Shown here in pieces: positions 38,161-50,899 of a stretch of DNA of 64,000 nucleotides. The stretch spans positions 1 through 64,000 of the forward strand of contig NW_021833885.1 of the NCBI RefSeq assembly GCF_006345805.1, written 5' to 3'. Position numbers and translations under genes: made by a program. This stretch comes from Octopus sinensis (Eukaryota). The notes beneath the pieces are model-generated. The model saw nothing but the letters and a program-made list of their open reading frames with translations. It did no database searches and was not told the DNA's origin. Position 1 is the first letter of the stretch. Each line of letters opens with the position of its first letter.

Positions 38161-38711
38161 GAGAGATACACATACATGCATATATAATCATTCTATCTTG
38201 CCCACCCCATTTATGAGCCACCATTTGCAATCTTTTTTCTTTCCCCATCGCCCATAGAGGAGCAAGGGTATGTTTCAATCGCTCTCCAGCTCCTCTCCAC
38301 TCATACGACTTATTGATTCACTGTTGAAAATCATATTTTGGGAGTGAAGTGGAAAGATTAGGACAATTGCTTGTGTTTTTATTATATTTTATTTTATTGT
38401 GAATTTTTGGTGTTTTTCTTTTCGTTTTCTGTCGGGGAAAGGGTTATTCATCTGAAACATGCACTTTTAGCCAATTAACTTTATCATAATTTCTCTCTCT
38501 CTCTGTAACCACTTCTTTTCTGATTTCATATTCTGTAGGGATTTTTAATTGAAAATATGACATAGAGGATATTAATTCGTATGTATATACATACTACACA
38601 TACATACATACATACGTACATACATACATACATACATACATACATACATACATACATACATACATACATACATACATACAAACACGCATACATACATGCA
38701 TGTATATATAT

Positions 38712-38935
38712 ATATTTCTTTACTACCCACAAGGGGCTAAACACAGAGAGGACAAACAAACGGATTAAGTCGATTATATCGACCCCAGTGCGTAACTGGT
38801 ACTTATTTAATCGACCCCGAAAGGATGAAAGGTAAAGTCGACCTCGGCGGAATTTGAACTCACAACGTAGCGGCAGACGAAATACGGCTACGCATTTCGC
38901 CCGGCGTGCTAACGTCTCTGCCAGCTCGCCGCCTT
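38712..38935 (-). mobile_element. SINE family B monomer
   Basis: Matches the family B consensus. Confidence 0.9.
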
Positions 38936-38954
38936 TATTATATATATATGTGTG

Positions 38955-39115
38955 TATCTCCGTGTTTTTTTTCTGTGTATCTTTCTGTTGAAGAGCGTAG
39001 GCTCGAAACGTAAAAGATTTGTTTTATCTATATTCCTGAGCGCCATACTAATACAATTGTTTGTTTGTATTCCACCTGCCTTCGTCTTTTGTTTATTTTC
39101 ATAAAGCTTCCCGTT
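38955..39115 (+). mobile_element. Short repeat family J with hammerhead-like motif at 38979-39018
   Basis: AUCUUU-CUGUUGA-A-GAGC-GUAG-GCUC-GAAA-CG-UA-AAAGAU: 6-bp stem I, 4-bp stem II, GUA triplet. Confidence 0.72.
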
Positions 39116-39185
39116 ATATATATATATATATATATATATATACAAACAGGCATACATACATGCATATATGTATGTGTGTATGTGT

Positions 39186-40193
39186 ATATATGCTTTGAAT
39201 ATCTCTGGAGGTATATCCAACTGTGGTGCCATTGCAAGAACAGATTCTTGAGTATCACAGCCCTGCGTAAAACCAAAGCCTTTGTTCTTCTGTCAGCAAT
39301 CCATCCCGAGGTGATATCCTCCAGCTCCGAAAATAGCGATTGTTGACCTGATCCACACTTGCGCTTCTTAGCACTTACATCGCCTACTTGTCTGTTGAGA
39401 TTATCGTACTCTGCTCGCGATTTTCGAACCATTCGGAGATTCAAAATCTCTTTACAGAGAGCTCTTTTACTCTTTTACTTGTTTCAGTCATTTGGCTGCG
39501 GCCATGCTGGAGCACCGCCTTTAGTCGAGTAAATCGACCCCGGAACTTATTCTTTGTAAGCCCAGTACTTATTCTATCGGTCTCTTTTGCCGAACCGCTA
39601 GGTTACGGGGACGTAAACACACCAGTATTGGTTGTCAAGCAATGCTAGGGGGACAAACACAGACACACAAACACACACACATACATATATATATATATAC
39701 ATATATACGACAGGCTTCTTTCAGTTTCCGTCTACCAAATCCACTCACAAGGCATTGGTCAGCCCGGGGCTATAGCAGAAGACACTTGCCCAAGATGCCA
39801 CGCAGTGGGACTGAACCCGGAACCATGTGGCTGGTTAGCAAGCTACTTACCACACAGCCACTCCTGCGCCTATGTGATGTTTGATTCTTGTAAGATTCTT
39901 GTTATGTGTAAGATGTAAGATTCTTGTTATGTGACTCTTCCACAGTTCTTATACTTCACAGAATAACTCTTTCTTTTTGCACTCATCTTGCCTAGGGGAC
40001 AATGGAGTCAACTCCGTGCATGAGCGCTTAGCGCAGACTTTAGCCAAGATGCGGTAGTTGGTTTATTTTGCAAACATCACATAGTCTTGCTAATAAGCTG
40101 ATGCATTTTTGATTAGGTCTTATTTTCGGGTTAGGGTTTATACTAAAAACATACTGAAAAATCATGGTAGGGCTTATTTTCGGGAAAACACGG
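39186..40193 (-). mobile_element. pogo/Tigger-like DNA transposon, 5' part (TIR plus CENP-B-type HTH), 3'-truncated and interrupted by SINE A
   Basis: Minus-strand TA|CCGTGTTTTCCCGAAAATAAG TIR ending at 40193. ATG at 39986 gives MSAKRKSYSV. Downstream are RMVRKSRAEY...FSELED...WIADRR and MAPQLDIPPEIFKA. Confidence 0.75.
39462..39870 (-). mobile_element. SINE family A, full length
   Basis: Matches the family A consensus. Confidence 0.92.
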
Positions 40194-40274
40194 TATACAC
40201 AGTTTCTTTTCTCTATCCCAAATTACTATATCAGTTCTATGTATGTAACATGCGTATGTATGTATATATATGTT

Positions 40275-40324
<50 letters not shown>

Positions 40325-40329
<5 letters not shown>

Positions 40330-41168
40330 AATTAGAGATAAAACCACTATTATGCAACTCAAACAGTGATAGACATAAACCAATACATAAATAACATATA
40401 ATATACTCTTTTTTTTTACTCTTTTACTTGTTTCAGTCATTTGACTGTGGCCATGCTGGAGCACCACCTTTTAGTCGAGCAAATCAACCCCAGGACTTAT
40501 TCTTTGTAAGCCTAGTACTTATTCTATCGGTCTCTTTTTGCCGAACCGCTAAGTAACGGGGACATAAACACACCAGCATCGGTTGTCAAGCGATACAGAC
40601 ACACAAACACGTACACAAATATATATACATATATATATATATATATACGACGGGATTCTTTCAGTTTCCGTCTACCAAATCCACTCACAAGGCTTTGGTC
40701 GGTCCGAGGCTATAGTAGAAGACACTTACCCAAGGTGCCATGCAGTGGGAATGAACCCGGTGCCATGTGGTTGGTAAGCAAGCTACTTACCACACAGCCA
40801 CTCCTACGCCTTTATATATATATAAAAAATTTTTATATATAACTTATAACTAGATCTCAAAAAGTATAAAATGAATGATAAATATATAATATAATATTAA
40901 AAAAATTATATATATATTATTTGTTATTTATGTATTGTTTTCTGTCTATCACTGTTGAGTTTGTTGGTGATAACAATACTCGCAAATAAAATACAGACTG
41001 GAGTTGTAGTTCTCCAAGTGAGCTATATTCCACTTAATAATTTCATTGGAGGCAATGCAAGTTTCCTCTAGTTTCCGCTTGCATTGCCTCCATTGAAATT
41101 ATTAAGCGGTATATATGTATGTATGTATATATATATATTATATATATATTATATATATCTATATAATA

Positions 41169-41210
<42 letters not shown>

Positions 41211-41990
41211 AATTAGAGATAAAACCACTATTATGCAACTCAAACAGTGATAGACATAACCAATACATAAATAACATATAATATACTCTTTTTTTTACTC
41301 TTTTACTTGTTTCAGTCATTTGACTGTGGCCATGCTGGAGCACCACCTTTTAGTCGAGCAATCAACCCCAGGACTTATTCTTTGTAAGCCTAGTACTTAT
41401 TCTATCGGTCTCTTTTTGCCGAACCGCTAAGTAACGGGGACATAAACACACCAGCATCGGTTGTCAAGCGATACAGACACACAAACACGTACACAAATAT
41501 ATATACATATATATATATATATACGACGGGATTCTTTCAGTTTCCGTCTACCAAATCCACTCACAAGGCTTTGGTCGGTCCGAGGCTATAGTAGAAGACA
41601 CTTACCCAAGGTGCCATGCAGTGGGAATGAACCCGGTGCCATGTGGTTGGTAAGCAAGCTACTTACCACACAGCCACTCCTACGCCTTTATATATATATA
41701 AAAATTTTTTATATATAACTTATAACTAGATCTCAAAAAGTATAAAATGAATGATAAATATATAATATAATATTAAAAAAATTATATATATATTATTTGT
41801 TATTTATGTATTGTTTTCTGTCTATCACTGTTTGAGTTTGTTGGTGATAACAATACTCGCAAATAAAATACAGACTGGAGTTGTAGTTCTCCAAGTGAGC
41901 TATATTCCACTTAATAATTTCATTGGAGGCAATGCAAGTTTCCTCTAGTTTCCGCTTGCATTGCCTCCATTGAAATTATTAAGCGGTATA
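40325..41990 (+). repeat. ~880-bp near-identical tandem duplication; each unit contains a SINE A (40405-40810, 41286-41686) and a 72-nt hairpin
   Basis: Offsets of 881 bp at the start and 877 bp at the end. Differences are mostly 1-bp indels, and the units are bounded by (TA)n. Confidence 0.92.
41034..41105. other. 72-nt hairpin, 28-bp arms with one mismatch, 16-nt loop (second copy 41911-41982)
   Basis: TTAATAATTTCATTGGAGGCAATGCAAG ... CTTGCATTGCCTCCATTGAAATTATTAA. Confidence 0.85.
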
Positions 41991-41998
41991 TATGTATG

Positions 41999-42075
<77 letters not shown>

Positions 42076-42189
42076 AATATATATACATATATATATATAC
42101 ATATATATATACAACATATATACATATATATATATATATAATATGTTTATAGAAATGTTATATGTCTATTACATACACTCACACACGCA

Positions 42190-42211
42190 TATCTATCTCT
42201 CTATCAATCTG

Positions 42212-42307
<96 letters not shown>

Positions 42308-42697
42308 GATACACTGACAAATATAGATAAATAGAGATAAGGAACGAAGTACTGGACAGGCGATTCTGTGGCTTGCATCTCGATGCATGATAGCCAGCAC
42401 AGGCACATGTGAGCAATGCAATAACCCCGTATGATTATTGACCAGAGTCAAGTAGCTCTTCACAAGAAAGGAATTCACTTGTATAGTTGGAAAGAACTCA
42501 CAGGAACAACATCACCGATTCCAGTCGGATGTTTTCCCCACAGCTCATAAATCATGCAGGATTATTGCATTGCTCACATGTAGCTGGGTTGGCTTTGATG
42601 CATGGAAATGCAAGCCACAGAATCGCCTTCGCAGTAGTTCGTTGCATATCTCTGTTTATCTATTTTTGTCTGTTAGTGTATCTAGAGATGGACAGGC

Positions 42698-42773
<76 letters not shown>

Positions 42774-42823
42774 TGATTGATGGATGGATAGATAGATAGA
42801 TAGATACATAGATAGATAGATAA

Positions 42824-42893
<70 letters not shown>

Positions 42894-42960
42894 TGATTGA
42901 TTGATTGATGGATGGATAGCTAGATAAATAGATAGATAGAGAGATGATAAATAAATAGAT
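42190..42960. repeat. Fold-back: (TCTA)n + ~140-bp arm, ~100-bp spacer, inverted arm + (TAGA)n
   Basis: ~42305-42441 is the imperfect reverse complement of 42545-~42685, and the flanking microsatellites are complementary. Confidence 0.85.
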
Positions 42961-43399
42961 AATATAGATACGTTTATGATTTGTATTGAAGAAATATATA
43001 CGAAAGAGTAAAATGAGACACACGCATGAGTATAAATATACACACTATGTATGTGCATGTATGTGTGCGCATGTTTGTGTGTGTGCGCGCGTGCGCGTGT
43101 ATAATGAGACAGGATCGCGCGCACGCGAGAGTGAGAAAGAAAGAAAGAAATCAGTAGATGCAGCAAGAACAAAAAGTGAAATAGGTAAAAGGGTAGGGGT
43201 GATTTGAAAAGGGCAACCATGAATGTGGGTGAATGGTTAGGGGGAAGTGAAAAGAAAAAAAAATAATAACATAAGGGGGAGACTTGAATGGGGAAAAGCA
43301 AAGGGTAAGGGACGGCGGCTGTTGAAGAGAAGAAGAACGCGTGGATAATGGCAGCTATGGAATGAAATAGAATCAATTGCGAAGAGTTATGGGGCTGGT

Positions 43400-43435
43400 G
43401 AACAATAATAATAATAACAATAATAATAATATTAA

Positions 43436-43481
<46 letters not shown>

Positions 43482-43513
43482 TAATGATGATGATGATGAT
43501 GATAATAATGATG

Positions 43514-43547
<34 letters not shown>

Positions 43548-43624
43548 TGATGATAATAATAATAATAATGATGATGATAATAATAATAATAATGATGATG
43601 ATGATAATAATAATAATAATAATA

Positions 43625-43670
<46 letters not shown>
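43400..43670. repeat. (AAT)/(GAT) compound repeat
   Basis: Directly visible. Confidence 0.95.
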
Positions 43671-44865
43671 GAAACCAAGGTATATGGAATTGAACCGACA
43701 GTAAGGGGAGTGGAAATAATTGGTTGGAAAAGAGTGCCAGTGCGATTGGAGTATGGGGTGTATTTATTTGATTAATGCGTCGCTGCTTTTTCTCTTCTCA
43801 GTGAATTGAACCCGCTAATCAAAGCGGTGGCTCTTTCTCTGCAAGCAACAGTGAAACTACGAAGCCACAAAGCCATAAACCAATAAAGATGACGTAAGAT
43901 GACATCAGAACACTGAGTCAAGATTCTTTGTATTTTGACTTTATTTTGCTGTTTTTTTTAATATTTTCTGTATTTTTGTTTTTAATAATTTGTTTTTTAT
44001 TTTTCGTTTATTTATTTATTTTATTTTATTTTTTTTTTTTTTGGACGAGTAAACTACTCTCCTTCCTCTCCATTTCTCAGTCCTCTTTTCTCTTTTACCA
44101 CTTATGGAGCCGTGACGAAAAAATGGAAGAGCAACGGCGCAATGGGTGCTGTGAGAATTCTGACACTAGGAACACACTGAAAATAAATTATAACAATAAT
44201 TAACAAAATCGGGGGAAAAAATAAATCAATTAATGAAAAAAGAAAAAGAAAGAAAAAGAGAGTGGAGAAGGAGAGAGAAATCACTTGTTGTGTCATGGCA
44301 TCGTGGTACAAGGGAATTTTAAGGATTGCTTGACTAACAGGTTGGATTTGAAACAGATAATGGCAATACTGGAAATTGAACATTTAAACATACTTAAATA
44401 CTCGCCTACAAAAACATACAATTACACACACAAAAACACACATAAATGCACATGCATACACACACACACACATATGTATTTATGTCTCCCTCTCTCTCTG
44501 TCTAACTATCTATATTATATTCCCTAACTATTATTAGTATTACTATTATTATTAATAACAACAACAACAACAATAATAATAATAATAATAATAATAATAT
44601 AATAATAACAATAATAATAATAATAATAATATATATATATATATAAATGTAATAAGTGACAATTATTTGGTAGCCATGATAAAACTCCGAGTTTCAGATG
44701 CGAAGGTGGAAATCCACGCCGCCATCTCTTCATTTATCCGGCCATCGGAAAAATGCTATGAGAAAATTCCTCTATTTACATAATATCGAGATCGCTTTCT
44801 TTCTTTCTTTTGTTGTCTTTGGCCAATGGTTTATCAATAATATATATATATATATATACTAATAT

Positions 44866-46240
44866 AATATTACATTAATATAACAGGCTTAGTAAAATAA
44901 ATTACTTTGCCACATACTGACTCATTAGAAATAGCAGCCAAAAAAGTTTTTTAGCTATTTCTAATACTTAAAGAAAATTTCTCTCAGATAGTGTTTACCT
45001 CAGAATAACCCACGAAGGTATGGGGGTAAAAAAACATTAAAAAATCACAGTGCAAAGATTATTTGAGAACGTTACGTTTCTAGATCAGCCAATAAAATTC
45101 GACATTTCTTTCGTCAGCCCAAAATTTCTTAATTTGGGTTTGGAAACACTGAAAGTAGAAACATACCCTTTTGGCGACTTAACACCTCAGACGACCCGCT
45201 CAAACTGACAGTGCCAACAAATTCAAAATATGCAGCGAAGAATTCCTTTGAGCGGGTCGTCTGAGGTGTTAAGTCGCCAAAAGGGTATGTTCCTACTTTC
45301 AGTGTTTCCAAATCCAAATTAAGAAATTTTAGGCTGACGAAAGAAATGTCGAATTTTATTTGGCTGATCTAGAAACGTAACGTTCTCAAATAATCTTTGC
45401 ACTTGTGATTTTTTAATGTTTTTTACCCCCATACCTTCGTGGGTTATTCTGAGTAAACACTATCTGAGAGAAATTTTCTTTAAGTATTAGAAATAGCTAA
45501 AAAACTTTTTTGGCTGCAATTTCTAATGAGTTCAGTAGTGGCAAAGTAATTTATTTTACTAAGCCCTTTTATATTAATGTAATATTTTGAATTCGCGCCT
45601 TAAATGGTCCTTTTACATACTGAATACTTGGTGAAATTGATTAATAACTAATTAATTTTACCCTCAATTGTTGAAATTATAATTCATTTCTCTCTGTTTA
45701 TTGCCTCGGTTTTCACCGCTAAAATATGGTGTTTGCTAGTTTAGGCCCACGTGGGTGGAAAGGGAGAACAGGAATTCTTCGCTTGCATATTTTGAATTTG
45801 TTGGCACTGTCAGTTTGAGCGGGTCGTCTGAGGTGTTAAGTCGCCAAAAGGTATGTTCCTACTTTCAGTGTTTCCAATCCAAATTAAGAAATTTTGGGCT
45901 GACGAAAGAAATGTCGAATTTTAATTTTGGCTGATCTAGAAACGTAACGTTCTCAAATAATCTTTGCACTTGTGATTTTTTATGTTTTTACCCCCATACC
46001 TTCGTGGGTTATTCTGAGTAAACACTATCTGAGAGAAATTTTCTTTAAGTATTAGAAATAGCTAAAAAACTTTTTTGGCTGCTATTTCTAATGAGTTCAG
46101 TATGTGGCAAAGTAATTTATTTTATTTTACTAAGCCCTTTTATATTAATGTAATATTTTGAATTCGCTTAAATGGTCCTTTTACATACTGAATACTTGGT
46201 GAAATTGATTATAACTAATTAATTTTACCCTCAAATTGTT
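44866..46240. repeat. Inverted-plus-direct triplication: reverse copy 44866-45246, forward copy 45247-45672, forward copy 45771-46240
   Basis: ~340-bp palindrome arms (44866-45204 and 45247-45586) with a 42-bp spacer. Copies differ mainly by short indels. Confidence 0.92.
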
Positions 46241-46243
46241 AAT

Positions 46244-46320
<77 letters not shown>

Positions 46321-46347
46321 TAATTTTAACTTCATATAACCGGTTAT

Positions 46348-46606
46348 TGAAAATACCATTATTTGAAAGGACCAATGAAACAAAGCCAATTTCAAATGTG
46401 TATCTATCAACATATTGTATATTTATACATATAACCTTATTTTTTTGGGTTTTTTGTTCCATTCTCAACCTATCCGACGAACGAGAACGTGAAATTCTGA
46501 GTAACAGTTTTTGTGATGTCCTCGCTACATAAATATGCAAATACTTTGATAGATACACATTTGAAAATGGCTGTTTCATTGGTCCTTTCGACTAACGGTC
46601 TTTTCA
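46348..46606. mobile_element. MITE-like fold-back with ~76-bp imperfect TIRs
   Basis: GAAAATACCATTATTTGAAAGGACCAATGAAAC... pairs with ...GTTTCATTGGTCCTTTCGACTAACGGTCTTTTC. No clear TSD. Confidence 0.75.
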
Positions 46607-47600
46607 GACATAGTGATTGCTCCATCCTTACAGAAGATTGCTTCCTCGCTGTCAATGCCATTTCTGGCTTTCCGTCCATGGCCTTTCAAATGGCTATTCA
46701 GCTACGCTGTTTTGTAACTACGCGTTTCCAACTGGATAGGTATGCATAGGTCACCACTCTTCCATTGCCATAGAATTTCCATTTGATGGACTGCCAAATG
46801 ACAAATGATAAATGAGGTCACCATAATTAGACATCTGTATGTCATTAGATTATCGTGATAAATGCTTGTAAAATATGAATACCATTCTCTGACTATCTGT
46901 GGTTAGTACCTAGTGACAAGCCAAATAGAGATGACCAGGAATCACGTGAAATCGCAGGTTTTACAAAAGCGTGTCCTCAAAGGATGCCGTGACAACAGCT
47001 AAGGTGTCCTTGACATGCATACACAAATATATGAGCAATATGTATGTTAAATAAATATAGCTCCATACATCTAACTATATTTTTGACTCAGGTTTTACTT
47101 GGCTGCCAAAAATATTTTAACAATGAGGAAAATACACATGGAATTTGGCTTTTGTTTGTGATGGGGTGGTGTGAGCGGAAAAGTCAGAGATTTTCTTGAA
47201 CATCACGTAGTCAATTTTTGGAGTAGATGGTAATTATAAAGTCATAAATATTTCGTTAAGTTGATGAAGTGTTGTATTAAATAAAGAGATAAAACTAAGT
47301 TGTGCCAAGAACCTGACTGCTAAAATGTATAGAGCGCATGGAAGTTAGTCGTTAAAACAGCATTTAGTTTGTGAGTGGAGATAAAATTTGAACGAGCAAG
47401 TAAATCAGTTAATTCTTTAATTCTTTAAATTGCTTCCACTTTAAAGCTTCGGTCATGCTGGGTCAACACTGTTAGTTTATTAAAAAAAAGACAGAAAACT
47501 GTAAGTGTAATAAACCATGAAACCATGAATTTGTAGAAAAAAAGAAGGTATATTTTTTTTTAACTGAAGAGTAATGGAATGACAATTTGTATGTGTATGT

Positions 47601-47691
<91 letters not shown>

Positions 47692-49399
47692 GTAAAAAAA
47701 TACAAACTGGGACAAGAACGTGAAACATTTAGAAAACGATACAAAAATTCGGATAGAAACGATCATGGTGTAATACCTTGAATGAAAGATATCAAACTCG
47801 AAATTTGCATCAGGTCTTAATATATATTAGTAATTATGTATGTCTGCATGTCTATCTGTATGTATATATATGAATGTATGTCATTGTTCAGTTTTATTTC
47901 AAGATTTCTTTCCAATAGAGAAAGAGCCGGTTTCTAACATAAGCCTAAAGCTCCTTCATTGGAATTTCAACATCAACAACAGGGTATTTTGTGTATGAAT
48001 GTATATATGTATGTATGTATGTGTGCAGATTTGTATGTTTTGTTTTGTGTATGTATTACATCTGAAGTCTTCGAATTAGCTTTCTCCTTTCTGGTTTTGA
48101 GAAGCCTAATGTATGTATGTATGCATGGTATATATATTATATATAGATATATATATATATTATATATATATATATAATCAAAATGAGGCTGAAAAATTTG
48201 ATATTATTTGATAACATCATTTTAACACCAATTGTCTAGCATTAAAAAAAAAACTGAGATTCAGTAAATAGTATTTCATACATAAATATAAGAAGCCCTT
48301 ATGCTAGAAGAAGATCCGCTATGATCTCAACCACTAAGAATTTTTCTCCAGAAAATTTAGCACACCAGAAACGTAAGCGAGCAAGACAAATGAAAAATAA
48401 CAAAAATATAGATTAATCACAAACAATAGTTTTATTATCAATAAATTACGTAATTTTACTTACACAATTTATCTGTAGATCGTCAGTGTGATCCTCTCTG
48501 CAAGATGTAATTTGTAGAACTCCACACCAGATATCAACACGAGGTCGAAAATGCATGTAGTTCTATCTATTATATTTGCAGTTATTTTCAAACGTCTTCG
48601 TTTAGGTACGCTAAATTACCGGAAATAAATACTGCATAAATAATAGAGAGAGATTGGTTAACAAAAATATTAATATATTTTCATATTGAATAAGACAAGG
48701 AAGATATTTATACAAAGTCAACTATAATAATTACACATTCGAACAGTAGGAAAAAAAAAGGATTTTATGTTAGCGATGACAGTTAAAACAATATTATCTT
48801 AATCGATTTGCGAACCATACAAAATACAAAGTGCTTGTATGTATGTATGTATGTATGTATGTATGTATGTATGTATGTATGTATGTATGTATGTATGTAT
48901 TTATGTATGTATGCATGTACATATGCACTGTATTGTATGTATATATGTAATGCATCTTTTACATGTGTGTATATTTGTTGTTATCGTTGTATGTGGGAGA
49001 CACCATCTCTGTTATGTCAGACAGTCTGATAATTAAGCTACAAATGAACAGACTGTTATATCCAACAGACAAATCTCTTGCACAAATGTTTTGCAGTTGT
49101 TTAAATATTATATTAGGAGATGGCGCAGAAGCATTTTACCAATGAATGCTACTGGAGTCATGTTTGCCATCAAATATGCATAAAACGATGAGCCATTTGG
49201 TGAGTTTGAGCATAATTACGTGACCTGCTAGAAATAATAGTCAAGCGTCTTCTCGAATTACACTCTACTATCTTTAAAACGAAGGGACGCATAGAATAAT
49301 CGACACCCGTAGTAGGACTCGGATGGTCATGGTTGGAACGCTTGATTTCAACCACAGATCTGCTCGGTCGGGTCCGACTAAAGGTTTAAAGTATAGCAG

Positions 49400-49635
49400 C
49401 TTCATGCCTCCTCCTCCTCCTCCTCCACCTCCACCTCTACATCATCATTGCCATCATCATCATCGTCGTCGTCGTCATCATCATTATCATCGTCATCACC
49501 ACCAGCACCACCAGTACCACAAGCACCACCAGAACAACTAGCGCTACCACCAGCATCACTAGCACTACCACCACTAGCACCACTACCATCATCACAACAG
49601 CCACCATCACCACCACCATCATCATCATCATCACA
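49400..49635. repeat. Compound CCT/CAT/CGT/CAC/CAG trinucleotide tract
   Basis: Directly visible low-complexity tract. Confidence 0.85.
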
Positions 49636-50158
49636 GATGGTAGAGAGAGAGAGAGAGAGAGAGGTAGACTTTTACATTTCGCACATTGGTGCTAATTACT
49701 TGCGCGTTTAATCTGCGCCTGGATCGACATTTGTTATTCTTTGGTCTAGGAACATCAGTGAAGAACCGTGTTTTATTAATGGATTATCAGAAGATTAAAG
49801 AGCGGCTTTTCAGCGGTTTCTCCTGTCCACAGGCAAAAATTGAAGTCAAAATTGCAAAACGTGTATGCGGTATCTTGATTTGTATTCCACACTTTAACAC
49901 ACAGCACGCTCACACGCACGCGCACACACACACACACACACACAGACACACACGCACATGCATACACACATATGCACACACACACACACTCGTACAAAAT
50001 CTTGCATCCCTCTTACATTTCTGTCTACATGTCTGTGCATCTGAACATGTTCTGTTCGTACGTATATACGAGTACAGTGCATATGTGCCTATGTGTATGT
50101 ATGTATGTGTGTATACATACATACATACATACATACATTCATACATACACACACACAC

Positions 50159-50193
<35 letters not shown>

Positions 50194-50302
50194 GTGTATA
50201 TATATACACACATACGTACGTATATATATATATGTATGCTTGTATGGCGGTGCTCCAGCATGACCACACCCTTAGGGCTGAAACGTATAAAAAAAAAGAA
50301 AT

Positions 50303-50333
<31 letters not shown>

Positions 50334-50391
50334 TATATTATATATATATACTATATATATATATATAATATATATATATATATCGTGACGC

Positions 50392-50600
50392 ATATTTGCC
50401 ATTTGAATATGGCTAACCCATAAGGGTGGATGCTACTGTAGTTTGTAGCCCCAGGAAGATATCTCCTCCAGCTGGCTATAGACACACTATCTGTGTCCTC
50501 TCAGTATTTGTGAAGGGGAGTCATCCTCCCAGTCTTCAACTCATGATACACACGTACCGAGTTTCAAGGTGTTTACCTTTCATCAGCGTGTGACAATCGC
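50392..50600 (-). mobile_element. Short repeat family G (partial second copy at ~53130-53250), hammerhead at its minus-strand 5' part
   Basis: Shared sequence GATGCTACTGTAGTTT...GCCCCAGGAAGAYATCTCCTCCAGCTGGCTA at both loci. Confidence 0.7.
50549..50592 (-). ncRNA. Minimal type-I hammerhead ribozyme motif, canonical core
   Basis: CACACG-CUGAUGA-AAGGU-AAAC-ACCUU-GAAA-C-UCG-G-UA-CGUGUG: perfect 6-bp stem I, 5-bp stem II, 2-bp stem III, GUA triplet. Confidence 0.85.
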
Positions 50601-50899
50601 TCTGAGATTTATCATTGTTATATATATATATACATATATACTTTATATATACATATATTTTTAGTATGTTGGTACACAGAAACATAGGTTTCGTATTATT
50701 GTCTTTGGAGTCACCTGTAATCATGACTGAACCTAAAGGATGCATTTGACTACTCATGAATTAAATAATATCGATTGCATTTCATCAAGCATGCGATGGT
50801 CCAACTTTAAAGTTAATCTCCGTGAAGTTTGGTATATAGAGGTTGTTATAAATTCGGTTTTGTTCTAGATTGGAGTGGAAAGCTGGTGTTGTGGAGCTT

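Noticed and set aside
43801-43892. Strong acceptor with a downstream GTAAGA donor
   Set aside because: All three frames contain a stop before the donor, so it is not supportable as a coding exon.
45334-45379. CTGACGA...GAAACGTA hammerhead-like spacing in the triplicated unit
   Set aside because: Stem II is only 3 bp with an extra base before GAAA, and stem I does not pair.
49323-49711. Pro/His/Ser-rich ORFs
   Set aside because: They come from a compound trinucleotide tract open in several frames on both strands, with no splice or domain support.
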